A DNA stretch of 64,000 nt from an uncultured Phycisphaerales bacterium (GCA_963710355.1 CAVPZU010000001.1:25572-89571); one strand, 5' to 3'; shown: positions 42,177-52,348, counted from the first letter of the stretch. Made by a program: numbers and translations. Notes: generated by a model from the sequence alone, not told the origin.

Positions 42177-42478
42177 TTCATTAAATTGATTTTATTTACC
42201 AATATAGTTTTTGAGTTTCTGTATATCGAGATAACCAGACACAATCCTACCACGGCTGAAGCGGCGGCTATCGCTATCACGAAAAGGGCGAAAATCTGGC
42301 CCGAACCATCGGGGTCTGCGGAAAATTTGCTAAATGCTATCAGGTTTATGTTTGCGGCGTTCAGTATCAGTTCGATAGACATAAGAATTCCGATAGCGTT
42401 CCTGCGAGTAAAAACGCCGAATATACCTATCGAAAATAACGCGGCACCAAGCAGCAAAAAGTGGCTTTGCGGTATCAT
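42170..42478 (-). CDS. nuoK: NADH-quinone oxidoreductase subunit K
   Basis: A 102-aa, three-TM ND4L-like protein (SIELILNAANINL). Confidence 0.9.
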   Translation of the reverse strand: MIPQSHFLLLGAALFSIGIFGVFTRRNAIGILMSIELILNAANINLIAFSKFSADPDGSGQIFALFVIAIAAASAVVGLCLVISIYRNSKTILVNKINLMKW

Positions 42479-43032
42479 TTCTTCTCCGCCTTTCCTATAA
42501 CTATGGCGCCAATCAGCGAGGCCAGTGAAATCAGGGATATAACTTCGAATGGCAGGGCGTATTGCAGCATTAGAGATTTCCCTAACTGCGACAGACTGAT
42601 GACTGCCTCCGCCGACAGGGCAGCCTTCCAGGCGGTCATAGTTATTACCTTCGTAAGAATAAAAAAGATTGCCAGCGAGGCCAATGCGGACACCGATATG
42701 CGCCGGAACATTTCGCGGATAGGGCCGGTATCGATGTCTGCGGTCAACATTACGGTAAAGATAAACAAGGTCACGATAGCACCGACATAAATCAAGACCT
42801 GAACGACAGCCAAAAACTCCGCGTCCAAATATAAATAGACACTGGCTATGCCGAGCAACACCATAGCAAGATACACTGCGGCGTGAAATATGTTGCGGGA
42901 AAGCACAACGGAAAGAGCGAACAGCACAGTCAGGCCTGCTGTGGAATAGAAGGCAGCCTTTATAATAAAGTCGTGCGAGATGCCGTGACTACTTAACAGA
43001 TGTATGAGTCCATTCATCATATTTTTTCGCAT
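42475..43032 (-). CDS. nuoJ: NADH-quinone oxidoreductase subunit J
   Basis: A 185-aa ND6-like membrane protein in the operon position between nuoI and nuoK. The listed start overlaps nuoI by 44 nt, so a later Met is possible. Confidence 0.85.
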   Translation of the reverse strand: MRKNMMNGLIHLLSSHGISHDFIIKAAFYSTAGLTVLFALSVVLSRNIFHAAVYLAMVLLGIASVYLYLDAEFLAVVQVLIYVGAIVTLFIFTVMLTADIDTGPIREMFRRISVSALASLAIFFILTKVITMTAWKAALSAEAVISLSQLGKSLMLQYALPFEVISLISLASLIGAIVIGKAEKK

Positions 43033-43303
43033 CCAAAAGGTTTATATCCAGCTTCTTGCGGTCGTATACGCTTATCTCGTATATATCAGTCATTACTATC
43101 GCGCCGGTAGGGCAGACCTGCGCACACATCCCGCAAAAGCAGCAAAGCTCCATATTGTATTTGAATGTTTCGAGCGTTTTTTTCTTATCTTCCTGCTTAT
43201 GAGTAATGGCAAGGCAGGCGGTGGGGCACATCTTCATACATTGATAACAGACGATACATTTCTCCGGATGAAGGCCGACCAAGCCTCTGAAACGCTCGCT
43301 CAT
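42989..43303 (-). CDS. nuoI: NADH-quinone oxidoreductase subunit I (2x[4Fe-4S]); homology continues upstream of the listed ATG
   Basis: Contains CIVCYQCMKMCP and CCFCGMCAQVCP. The in-frame upstream translation, WSLIKGLAVTLKYIFRPAVTLQYPTEKQP (to 43408), matches the conserved NuoI N-terminus but has no ATG/GTG/TTG. Confidence 0.85.
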   Translation of the reverse strand: MSERFRGLVGLHPEKCIVCYQCMKMCPTACLAITHKQEDKKKTLETFKYNMELCCFCGMCAQVCPTGAIVMTDIYEISVYDRKKLDINLLDAKKYDEWTHTSVK

Positions 43304-43421
43304 AGGCTGTTTCTCTGTCGGATACTGGAGAGTGACAGCAGGCCTGAATATATACTTTAAAGTAACGGCAAGCCCTTTTATAAGGCTCCAGTGCCGATAA
43401 CGAAATTTTTAGTGTACTTTA

Positions 43422-44384
43422 TCATTTTAATAACAGCCATCCCGTTATTGTCAGATTAAAAAGCGATACCGGTGTCAAGACTTTCCACGCAAATCCCATC
43501 AGCTGGTCCACCCTTAACCGTGGGAATGTCCACCTGACCCACATCAGTATAAACACTATACCATACGTCTTGCCCAGAAACCATACGACCGGAGGGAGGA
43601 TTGGGCCGAGCCAGCCGCCGAAGAAGAGGGTTGTTGCGATGGCCGAGACGATGAAAAGGTTGGTATACTCGCCGATGAAGAACATCGCGAACTTCATCCC
43701 CGAATATTCGGTATGAAACCCTGCAACAAGTTCCGACTCGGCTTCGGGTATATCGAACGGCACACGGTTCACCTCCGCAGTGGCAGATATTATATAGACA
43801 ATGAAAGCCAACATCATATTGGGATGAAGAATATTCCAGTGTCCGGACTGTGCCGCAACTATCTTTTGCATAGAAAGAGAATTAGCCTGCATTGAGACAA
43901 TAATCATTGAGAGTATCAGGGGAAGCTCATAACTTATTATCTGGGCTGCGGACCTCATACCACCCAGCAAAGAGTATTTGTTGTTCGAGCCCCAGCCTGC
44001 CATAAAAATTCCGAGGACGCATACGGAAGAGACCGCCATAATATACAGGATGCCGACATTCAAGTCCTTTACAATTAAATTTTTTCCGAATGGTATCACT
44101 ACGAATGCCATTACAGGCGGCACTACGGCAAAGAAAGGGGCGAGCCACCATACCATTTTATCCGCTCCGGCGGGTATTATGTTCTCCTTAAGCAGAAGTT
44201 TTATGGTATCGGCTACGGATTGTAAAAAACCGTGCCATCCCACACGCATAGGGCCGAATCTTGACTGGATATGCGCAGAGACCTTTCTTTCCCACCATAT
44301 CAAAAACATAGCCGAGATGGCGATAAATCCCAGCACTATAAGCCCGCTTATCAGTACCCAGATAAAATCCAGTATACTTAACAT
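43422..44384 (-). CDS. nuoH: NADH-quinone oxidoreductase subunit H
   Basis: A 320-aa ND1 family protein (WWERKVSAHIQSRFGPMRVG). Confidence 0.93.
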   Translation of the reverse strand: MLSILDFIWVLISGLIVLGFIAISAMFLIWWERKVSAHIQSRFGPMRVGWHGFLQSVADTIKLLLKENIIPAGADKMVWWLAPFFAVVPPVMAFVVIPFGKNLIVKDLNVGILYIMAVSSVCVLGIFMAGWGSNNKYSLLGGMRSAAQIISYELPLILSMIIVSMQANSLSMQKIVAAQSGHWNILHPNMMLAFIVYIISATAEVNRVPFDIPEAESELVAGFHTEYSGMKFAMFFIGEYTNLFIVSAIATTLFFGGWLGPILPPVVWFLGKTYGIVFILMWVRWTFPRLRVDQLMGFAWKVLTPVSLFNLTITGWLLLK

Positions 44385-45505
44385 TACCTGTCTATCTCTC
44401 CCATCAGGATATCGAAACTTCCCAACACACAGACTATGTCCGCTACTTTTATGCCCTTTACCAATTCAGGAAGAACTGCGAGGTTCGAAAACGAAGGCGC
44501 TCTTATCTTCAACCTGTAGGGGTACATAGAGCCGTCGCTTACGATATAAAATCCCAGTTCGCCCCGGGGATTTTCCGTCCTGAAATATGCTTCAGAAGCA
44601 GCAGGTTTATGGATGCGTCCTACTTTGACCGCAGGCTCACCCTCTGGTAATGCGTCTATCGCCTGCTCTACAATTCTCAGACTTTGTCTTATCTCTTCAA
44701 TCCTGATTTTATACCTGTCCCACGCATCGCCGTTTTCCCCGACAGGTATATCGAATTCAAATTTATCGTAAACCAGATACGGCTCATCTTTCCTTAAATC
44801 CCATTTGACGCCGGACGCCCGCAGATTAGGGCCGGTAACACTGTAATTTATTGCAAGGTCTTTCGGTAATATACCTACGTGTTTTGACCTTGCGAGGAAT
44901 ATCGTATTGTAAGTCAGCAAACCATCGTAATCATCAACTTTCGGCCTCATATAGTTGACAAATTCTTTTATCTTCTCATCTATGCCCACGGGAAAATCGA
45001 ACTGCACCCCCCCTATCCGTATGTAGTTATAGGTGAGCCGGTTTCCACATATCTGGTCAAATATATCTACTATCTTTTCTCTCTCCCGGAAGCAATAGAA
45101 CAGCGGGGTCGCGAAAGCGCCCAGGTCCTGTGCGAATGTGCCGACAGCTATAAGATGGCTCGCTATCCTGTTTAGCTCAGCGACTATTACCCGAATATAT
45201 TTTGCACGTTCCGACACCTCCAGCTTCAATAGTTTTTCAACGGCCATTACATACCCTAAGTTGTTGTTCATAGATGCGACATAATCAAGCCTGTCGGTAT
45301 AGGGTATAAACTGCGTATACGTGCGGTTTTCGGCTATTTTTTCAATTGAACGGTGCAGATAACCAATGTGCGGAGTGCATTCCCTGATGATTTCGCCATC
45401 CAGCTTTAATTCGAGGGACAGGACACCGTGCGTGGAAGGGTGCTGTGGCCCCATATTTATGAGGAACTCTTCGGTATATATGTCTTTTGTCTGGCTTGTA
45501 TCCAT
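44384..45505 (-). CDS. nuoD: NADH-quinone oxidoreductase subunit D
   Basis: 373 aa with the MGPQHPSTHGVL motif, a 49-kDa subunit homolog. Confidence 0.94.
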   Translation of the reverse strand: MDTSQTKDIYTEEFLINMGPQHPSTHGVLSLELKLDGEIIRECTPHIGYLHRSIEKIAENRTYTQFIPYTDRLDYVASMNNNLGYVMAVEKLLKLEVSERAKYIRVIVAELNRIASHLIAVGTFAQDLGAFATPLFYCFREREKIVDIFDQICGNRLTYNYIRIGGVQFDFPVGIDEKIKEFVNYMRPKVDDYDGLLTYNTIFLARSKHVGILPKDLAINYSVTGPNLRASGVKWDLRKDEPYLVYDKFEFDIPVGENGDAWDRYKIRIEEIRQSLRIVEQAIDALPEGEPAVKVGRIHKPAASEAYFRTENPRGELGFYIVSDGSMYPYRLKIRAPSFSNLAVLPELVKGIKVADIVCVLGSFDILMGEIDR

Positions 45506-45514
45506 AAAGTTTAA

Positions 45515-45967
45515 TTACAATCTGGGTTTAGGGATAAACTCCGGGTCGGAATAATCTTTCCGCAAAGGATAATCTTTCCAATCGTAAGGATTTAATATCC
45601 TGCGTAAATCCGGATGGCCTAAAAAAGTAATGCCAAATAAATCGTATACTTCCCGCTCCAGCCAGTTTGCAGATTTCCAAATCGCCGACAAGCTCGCTAC
45701 ATTTAAGTCTTCAGGTGTTAAATATACTTTGAGGGTCACGCCATGATGTTCGCAAATGGAATACAAAATGTAGACCAGTTCCATCTTCTCTTTTCTGTCT
45801 ACTGCCGTTATACAGTGTAAATTATCAAAGGCCAGCGGAGGATTTTTTAAATATTGGGACACCTCCAAAAGAGACTCTCTGGGGACAATGATGTTATTAA
45901 TTCCTGCCTCTTCTTTGGCCTGCGGGAACCTGGCTTTTATAACTCCGGATATTTTATCTGGCTGCAT
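45515..45967 (-). CDS. nuoC: NADH-quinone oxidoreductase subunit C
   Basis: A 150-aa 30-kDa subunit homolog ([24 protein letters not shown]). Confidence 0.9.
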   Translation of the reverse strand: MQPDKISGVIKARFPQAKEEAGINNIIVPRESLLEVSQYLKNPPLAFDNLHCITAVDRKEKMELVYILYSICEHHGVTLKVYLTPEDLNVASLSAIWKSANWLEREVYDLFGITFLGHPDLRRILNPYDWKDYPLRKDYSDPEFIPKPRL

Positions 45968-46469
45968 CTTTTTCGTTCCTTATTTTTTCCTGCAGTTTCA
46001 TCAGCCCAAAGAGCAAATTTTCCGGACGGGGCGGGCAACCGGGTATAAACACATCCACAGCGATGCCAAGCGACTCCGTTCCCTTTACGACCGAATAGGT
46101 GTCATAATAGAAGATGCCTCCCGAAATGGCGCAATTTCCCATAGCGATTACATATTTAGGTTCGGGCATTTGTGCATAAAGTCGCCGGACGCAGTCGCTC
46201 ATTTTGATACATATTGTTCCCGCTACAATCATAACGTCGCACTGCCTGGGACTTGCGCGGAACACTCCTGCGCCGAACCGGTCAATATCGAAACGCGGAG
46301 CGCCCGCAGCAATCATCTCAAAGGCGCAGCAGGCCAGTCCGAAGGTCATAGGCCACAGGGAGGACGCCTTTCCCCATTTTAAGAGGCTTTCACTTGTTGT
46401 CAGAAACAAACCTCCACCCGGGAACTTGCATATCAATTTTGCTGCGGGGATTTTTTCTATTACTACCAT
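45954..46469 (-). CDS. nuoB: NADH-quinone oxidoreductase subunit B
   Basis: A 171-aa PSST homolog ([22 protein letters not shown]). Confidence 0.93.
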   Translation of the reverse strand: MVVIEKIPAAKLICKFPGGGLFLTTSESLLKWGKASSLWPMTFGLACCAFEMIAAGAPRFDIDRFGAGVFRASPRQCDVMIVAGTICIKMSDCVRRLYAQMPEPKYVIAMGNCAISGGIFYYDTYSVVKGTESLGIAVDVFIPGCPPRPENLLFGLMKLQEKIRNEKDAAR

Positions 46470-46819
46470 TCGAAAATTCCTTTTTTCCAGGCATATATTA
46501 GGCCGACTGCCAGAATCGCGATAAAAACCATCATCTCTACATACGAAACCATACCAAGTTCGCGGAATATGGTAATCCAGGGGACCAGAAACAAAGCTTC
46601 TATATCGAATATTACAAAGAGAAGCGCTACGAGGTAGTAGCCAACGTTAAATTGTATCCTAGAATCGCCTTTGACTATCTCACCGCATTCGTAGGGGGAT
46701 GTTTTGACGGCGTTCGGGTCGCGCGGACGAAGCAGCCAGGATACAATGAATGCGCTTCCCACAAAAGCGATGCCTATAACGAAAAACAGGCCAACAACTC
46801 CATAGTCCTGAATGATCAT
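46463..46819 (-). CDS. nuoA: NADH-quinone oxidoreductase subunit A
   Basis: A 118-aa ND3 homolog ([18 protein letters not shown]) and the first gene of the operon. Confidence 0.9.
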   Translation of the reverse strand: MIIQDYGVVGLFFVIGIAFVGSAFIVSWLLRPRDPNAVKTSPYECGEIVKGDSRIQFNVGYYLVALLFVIFDIEALFLVPWITIFRELGMVSYVEMMVFIAILAVGLIYAWKKGIFEW

Positions 46820-46874
46820 TTTGAGTTACATAAAAACTAATCTTTTATCAATCTGTTACAGTTTAAAAATTGGA

Positions 46875-46903
46875 TTTATACGCATTTTGTGCGTTATATG
46901 CAA
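46875..46903 (-). promoter_or_regulatory. Candidate sigma70-type promoter for the nuo operon, with a small palindrome in the spacer
   Basis: The minus strand reads TTGCAT-17 nt-TATAAA, about 55 nt upstream of nuoA. The spacer contains the inverted repeat acgca-caaaa-tgcgt (46880-46894). Confidence 0.4.
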
Positions 46904-47120
46904 GTGTTAAAAGTTGTCATTTCCAAAAATCCAAAAATCGTAACACCTAGCTACCGCTCCGTGGAACTTCGCTGATTCGGGAGTTTTAGCTTACACAATA
47001 ATCCAGCATGGTCTGCCCCATTTTTATATACAACAGGTATCTGAAAAAGTTCTAAAGCTCCCAGAGCAGAGCCCGAATATTGGAGGTAACGGTTAACTAG
47101 TACGCCTTTTTCAGTCTGTA

Positions 47121-47676
47121 CTATCCATTAATCTGACAGATATATGTCCTGCTATTTTGAATCACTCTATCGGTTTGTTCTGAAACATCCTGCACATACC
47201 TCGTTGCCATTTGTAAATCTGTATGGCCAAGGAGCCGTTGAACAGCAAACGGATCGCCTGATCTCAGCTGCAATAGTGGCAGCAGTCCTTCGCAGTGCAT
47301 AGAAACCCGTTCCTTTGGGAACCTCAAGAGCTGATTTATTTATCAGCCTTGAAAATTTTGTGGTTATTGTATTTAGGGTCGTATATTTGCCATTCCCTTT
47401 ACCATCAGTCTGTAAAAGCGTCTGCATATATGGGTTACCTCTGGAAGTATAGAAAACGAGTTTGCCTGCCCTTGGAATCTTTTCAAGTGATTCAACGGTT
47501 TCCGGCCATAAGGGCAAATCCCTTGAAATCCCCGTCTTTCTTCTTGGCAGTTTTACCAGTTCCCTTGAATGTTTGAAGAACTTGTTCAAGCAAATGGTTT
47601 TGCAGGTCAAAGTCTGCTGTTCCAAACGCTTCAGATAGCTTAACTCGGCGTAACTGGTTATCATCAGGGTATTCAA
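47121..47676 (-). pseudogene. Tyrosine-recombinase (phage integrase family) remnant: C-terminal catalytic half only, frameshifted near 47255
   Basis: LPRRKTGISRDLPLWPETV...GFYALRRTAATIAAEI (ORF 47167-47676) continues in another frame as DPFAVQRLLGHTDLQMATRYV (ORF 47121-47327). The N-terminal domain is absent. Confidence 0.7.
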
Positions 47677-47851
47677 AATCTACATTTAGCTTGCCTGGTT
47701 CTCCTTTAACCTCTTTGAACTTTACAGGTTTTCTTTTGGCCAACTCTTGATATTTGGCAATACTTGCTTTCTCCTCCTCGGTGTATTCCCTTTTTACCAA
47801 GTTCTCTGTCTTAGTTTCAGTTTCATTCTTTTTGGTCGTTTCTTTTGCCAT
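47492..47851 (-). CDS. Hypothetical K/E-rich protein adjoining the integrase remnant
   Basis: An ATG-started 119-aa ORF whose 3' end overlaps the integrase fragment in another frame. I recognise no family, and it may be part of the decayed element. Confidence 0.3.
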   Translation of the reverse strand: MAKETTKKNETETKTENLVKREYTEEEKASIAKYQELAKRKPVKFKEVKGEPGKLNVDFEYPDDNQLRRVKLSEAFGTADFDLQNHLLEQVLQTFKGTGKTAKKKDGDFKGFALMAGNR

Positions 47852-48073
47852 TTACTTTTTCTCCGTTTTGTTAGTTTGGATTAACGCCACAATTGCCGCC
47901 TTGATATACTCTGGCAGTTTAGGCCAAACAGCTACGACTTTCGCTAAATCATCGGACAGGTTTTCTGCTTGATTTTCAGCTATTTTCGGATTATTTTTGT
48001 AAGCTGATTTGTAAGCACTGGATTGCTGTTGTTGTAAGTCTTTGCTTTTAATAGAGTTATTGTTTTTGGTCAA
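47852..48073 (-). CDS. Hypothetical small protein (low confidence)
   Basis: A 73-aa ORF with a TTG start that overlaps the tRNA fragment. No supporting features. Confidence 0.2.
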   Translation of the reverse strand: MTKNNNSIKSKDLQQQQSSAYKSAYKNNPKIAENQAENLSDDLAKVVAVWPKLPEYIKAAIVALIQTNKTEKK

Positions 48074-48119
48074 CGGATTTCTAATCCGTAGGTCACAGGT
48101 TCGAATCCTGTCGGGCGTG
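48073..48119 (+). tRNA. Truncated tRNA-Arg(UCU): 3' 47 nt only (anticodon arm, T-arm, 3' acceptor strand); att-site-like remnant
   Basis: Anticodon arm: acgga-ttTCTaa-tccgt. Variable loop: aggtc. T-arm: acagg-ttcgaat-cctgt. The 3' acceptor strand is cgggcgt, followed by g. There is no D-arm or 5' acceptor strand upstream. Confidence 0.7.
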
Positions 48120-48213
48120 TTTCACAGGCTGCTGACTGTTGAGAAGGAACATCGGTGTTCAGTGCCATCCTCCCGGACACAGATTTAATGCAAAAATCCC
48201 GAAAGACAGTATA

Positions 48214-49365
48214 ATACCAATTCCATAAATTAATTGCGCTCGATGTAGTTAGCTCGACATATACTTTTAACCAATTCAGCGGTAAGACAAACCCTTTGCC
48301 ACGCCTCGCATGCGGCCTCGCGAAGGTCATCATAATCTCGATAACTTCGATTTGACCAAAAATGGCTGCGAAGATATTGCCACAAATTCTCAACAGGATT
48401 CAATTCCGGACTATAGGCTGGTAGTTCTATTATGGTAACGTTTTCGGGTACGACAAGTTCCTTAGACTTGTGAAAACCAGCCTGATCCCAAATCAGAACC
48501 GCATGAACATCCGCAGCAATCTCCGTTGCGAACTGCTTAAGATAAACATTCATAACCTCTGTACTGATATACGGTGATAACATACCTACCGATTGTCCGG
48601 TCTGCGGACATACTGCTGATATTACATACAACCACTCATATTGAGTCTGCTTAACAGCAGCCGGGCGACTGCCGCGTCTTGCCCAAACCCTTGCCAATGT
48701 CCCCTGCTGACCGAAACGAGCTTCATCCTCGAACCATACCTCTAACCGTTTGTAAGGATGAGATGCAGCTATGACTTCCAGCCTCCCGCCGATGTTTTTT
48801 TAAAATCCTGCTGTGCTTTAATGTCCGCCCTCTGATGCCGAGGTCGCGGAGCCAAATAACTATACCCCAGACGATGCAGCAGCTGATAAACACCGTTGAG
48901 ACTGTAAACTACGCCAAACTCCTTGTTCAAGATTTTTTGAATGTCCTTGCCGTACAGTGTTGCTACTGCATCGTTCTTTGTAGGACCAGCATCGATACGG
49001 GATGAAAAGTGTTCATAACTGGCTGCAGGCAGATTCGGCTTTCGACCTGAATGGTGCTGTTCCTTCAGACCATCGATGCCATGGGTGTTATACTTTGCTA
49101 CCCAGCTTTGAATCGCCCTTCGAGAATATGCGGTCATTTGTGCAATCTCGACACAAGTATATCCCTGCTGGGCGAGCGCAACAGCCTGGATTCTTCCTGC
49201 GAGGCGGGCGTTTGTTTGAGATTTTGCTGATTTTAACAACTCTTTTACGCTTTTGTATTCCTTTACTGTCATAATAACCTCCATATCAATCATTTTTATA
49301 AATCAGGTTACTATGGTATGTATCGGAATATCCTATAAAGCGCATTTAATTATTGTAATTGGTAT
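48214..49365 (-). mobile_element. IS630-family insertion sequence
   Basis: The imperfect terminal inverted repeats ataccaattccataaattaattgcgct (48214-48240) and agcgcatttaattattgtaattggtat (49339-49365) enclose the two-frame transposase. Confidence 0.8.
48230..49293 (-). CDS. IS630-family transposase, encoded in two frames joined at an A7 slippery run
   Basis: The HTH part is in ORF 48769-49293 and the DDE part in ORF 48230-48697 (EVWFEDEARFGQQG just upstream, LIWDQAGFH, PAYSPELNPVENLW). The -1 frame opens exactly at the run of seven A at 48795-48801. Confidence 0.85.
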
Positions 49366-49578
49366 AAGTAACTCTTTTGGCAAGAGTTATATTACATTAA
49401 AATAGAAGGGGTTTTTGTATCCCATGAAAACTTAGCATGGTATTATATAAGCAATTTAAATACAACCACAAGTCTTTCTTATAGCTCGTATTAACCGAAT
49501 GACTTAGTATATTCGGGTTATTAAGTGTATAATTGAGATTATGCAGGACAAAATAGATAAAACGTAAGGATAAGTTTT

Positions 49579-49986
49579 ATGAATAATCAAGGTTTGAAAA
49601 TATATGTTTTTTATTGTTCAAACAGCCTTGAACAAGACCAGTTAGCAGGTTTTAGTGGACTGGACAGAATTACTGTTAAGACAATCGGTTTGCCGTGTTC
49701 TGGAAAAGTGGATATCCCTTATTTAGTCAAAGCGTTTGAGACCGGTGCAGACGGGGTCGTAATCGTGACTTGCAAACAAAACGAGTGCCGTTACCCTGAG
49801 GGAAATATGCGGGCACAAAAAAGAGCCGAAGCGGTCGAATCGCTGCTCGAAGAAATCGGGATGGACAAAGGACGGATGGCGGTTATTGAGTTGCAAAAAG
49901 ACGGTGTTGAACAGGCCATTTCAGAAATCAAGGATTTCTTTGACAGCATAAGAAAACTGCCTCAAGCCCAAAGCAGCAACGTATAG
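49579..49986 (+). CDS. mvhD: MvhD/FlpD-like iron-sulfur protein (methyl-viologen-reducing hydrogenase delta subunit family)
   Basis: 135 aa with YVFYCSNS...IGLPCSGKVD...AFETGADGVVIVTCKQNEC...GN, the FlpD pattern. Confidence 0.85.
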   Translation: MNNQGLKIYVFYCSNSLEQDQLAGFSGLDRITVKTIGLPCSGKVDIPYLVKAFETGADGVVIVTCKQNECRYPEGNMRAQKRAEAVESLLEEIGMDKGRMAVIELQKDGVEQAISEIKDFFDSIRKLPQAQSSNV

Positions 49987-50000
49987 GAGAACGGGATAGT

Positions 50001-50905
50001 ATGAAGGTTGACAGCAAACTGGGAAAGAAAATAGCAAGTGGGGACTTTATTGTTACGGCGGAGCTTCTGCCGAGTGCAGCTGGGGATGGTGCGGGAACCG
50101 AGTCGGCTTTGAAGGCAATGGGTAACGGGCTTACAGCGGTCAACGTGGCCGACAACTGCCACGGTATAGGAATGTCTTCCATTGCGGCATCCGTCGCGGT
50201 GCTCAAATCCGGGGCCGAGCCGATTTGCCAGATAGTTACACGCGACCGAAACCGCATCGCACTTCAATCCGATTTGCTCGGGGCGGCATATCTTGGAATC
50301 AGGAACGTGCTGTGCCTGTCCGGTTATCATCAAACACTGACGGGATGTCCGGAATCAGCCAACGTTTATGATATTGATTCGACCCAGTTTATCGGAATGG
50401 CAACGAATATGTCCGAGAAGGGCGTTCTGGCCGACGGGACAAAGATTGAAGGGCAATTTTCAATGCTTGTGGGGGCAGTTGCTAATCCGTTTTTGAAACC
50501 GCTGGAATTAAATATGCTCCGGCTGCACAAGAAGGTTGAGGCGGCGCAAAATTTATTCAGACCGGCGCGATATTTGATATTGAGACATTCGGCCACTGGT
50601 TAGACGCCGCGATAAGTGAGGGCGTTACTGCAAAGGCGGCGATACTGGCGGGCGTTATACCTTTGGATTGTGCCGCTGAAGCCCAGAGACTGCGAGATAC
50701 TTACACCGATTATTGCATCCCAGACAACGTGATTGACCGGCTGAAAAAAGCAGGCGGTGAAGCGGCACAGAAAAAAGAAGGAATTGCAATCTGCATTGAA
50801 GCAATCAAGAAGCTCAAAAAGATGAAGGGTCTGAGAGGAATACACATACTTTGCGGCTGCAAAGGGAAAGTGGCGATTGAGGTTGTTGCCGCGGCCGGGT
50901 CGTAA
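50001..50905 (+). CDS. metF: MetF-type 5,10-methylenetetrahydrofolate reductase; frame interrupted at 50543-50544
   Basis: Contains IVTAELLP, QIVTRDRNRIALQSDLLGAAYLGIRNVLCLSG and KKVEA|GAKFIQTGAIFDIETF. The junction is restored by adding one G to gcggc. Confidence 0.85.
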
Positions 50906-50917
50906 CGGGAAAGAATT

Positions 50918-52348
50918 ATGCCGGAAAAATATCATATTAAGACACAGCCAGTTCCGCCTCGTCGGCCTCGTATAGGTAAATACGGCGTGGTGGACTGGCG
51001 TGAAGATTGCGCACGGTGCCACAACTGCGTCAAGAAGGCGTGTGTTTACGACCGCTACAGGCAGGAGGCGGACTATATTCGCAATCTCAGTGACGTAGAT
51101 GCCTTGTTTTTCGATTGTATGGGATGTTTTTCGTGCGTTCAGGATTGCACGAAGGGGCTTCTATGTATGTCAATCAATCCTGAATACGAAAAGATGGGTG
51201 ACAATTACTGGACGCCTGATATTATCAAGACGACGTGGCTTCAGGCGGAGACCGCGAAAATCCCGGTTTCGGCGCCGGTTATCGGGGGCCATTTGCTGGC
51301 AAGGGTTTCGATTCGATGTGGACGGATATGTCGGAGATTGTTCGCCCGACCCGCGACGGCATCCACGGGCGAGAGTACATCAGCACCTCGGTGGATATCG
51401 GCAGGAAACTTCCATATTTGGCTTTTAATGGCGTTAAGACGCCGGCAAATCCGCTGGTCTCGATTCCGATGCCGCTGATAATAGATATGACTTCGCCCTC
51501 GCATACGCTACCGCAGCTTGATGCGATTATTAAACAGACCGCCGAGAACACCGGCCTGATAGCAATAATTGATTCTCGCCAATGGTCAGGGGATGACAAG
51601 CAGCTTGAGAACATAGCGTTTTATTTAGGTACTGACAGTAAGGATGTCCCGAAGGAGGCAATGAGGAAAACTCGCCTCGTGGAAATAGCCGACCTTCCTC
51701 CGCCCGCCGGAGCGGGCTACGGGAAGGCGGGCAGCAGCAAGGTGATAGAACATATAAAGGAAATCAAAAAAATACATCCGCAAATAGTCGTGGCCGTAAG
51801 AGTTGAGTCTGATGGCGGCAGGGGTTGAGCGTGCTATAGAACTCGCGGAGCTTGAAGAAGTTGAGGTTATACACGTCGTGGCGGACGCCAACGGCAATGA
51901 ATTGGGTTCGAAGAAGCCGCGGTTTGTGAAGGATATGGTGCGTCAGATTCATACGACCCTGATAGAAAAAGGAAACAGGGACGAGATTACGCTTATGGCT
52001 GGTGGCGGAGTTGCGCTGCCGGAGCATTTGGCAAAAGCGATTATATGCGGCGCGGACTTAGTAACAATCAACCTGCCACTTTTGATAGCACTGGAATGTC
52101 ATCTGTGCAATAGTTGCAAGCGGGGTATGCCGTGCCCGGCCAAGCTTGAGAAAATAGATTTTGATTACGGCGTGGGCAGGATGACCAATCTTATCGCCGC
52201 CTGGCACGACCAGTTAGTGGAAGTTATGGGGGCGATGGGAATGCGTGAGGTCCGTCGTCTTAGAGGCGACATCGGCCGTGCGATGTTTTTTGAAAATCTT
52301 GAGGATGAAACCTTTGGCAAGCTTTTCGGTTCAAGAAAAAATGATTAA
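50918..52348 (+). CDS. Glutamate-synthase FMN-domain-like protein with an N-terminal Cys-rich region; degenerate paralog of the next gene; two frame interruptions (51271-51272, about 51811-51822)
   Basis: Three ORFs (50918-51478, 51235-51828, 51803-52348) join into one paralog-like sequence: CARCHNCVKKAC, WLQAETAKIPVS|GAGYRGPFAGKGFD, LMAGGGVALPEHLAKAIICGADLV. It lacks the GGMSFGS, QGAKPGxGG and GGTGA motifs. Confidence 0.7.

Noticed and set aside
49528-49533. A TATAAT box upstream of the first mvhD as the cluster promoter.
   Set aside because: No acceptable -35 element lies at 16-18 nt (tagtat). It is plausible but too weak to call without transcript mapping.
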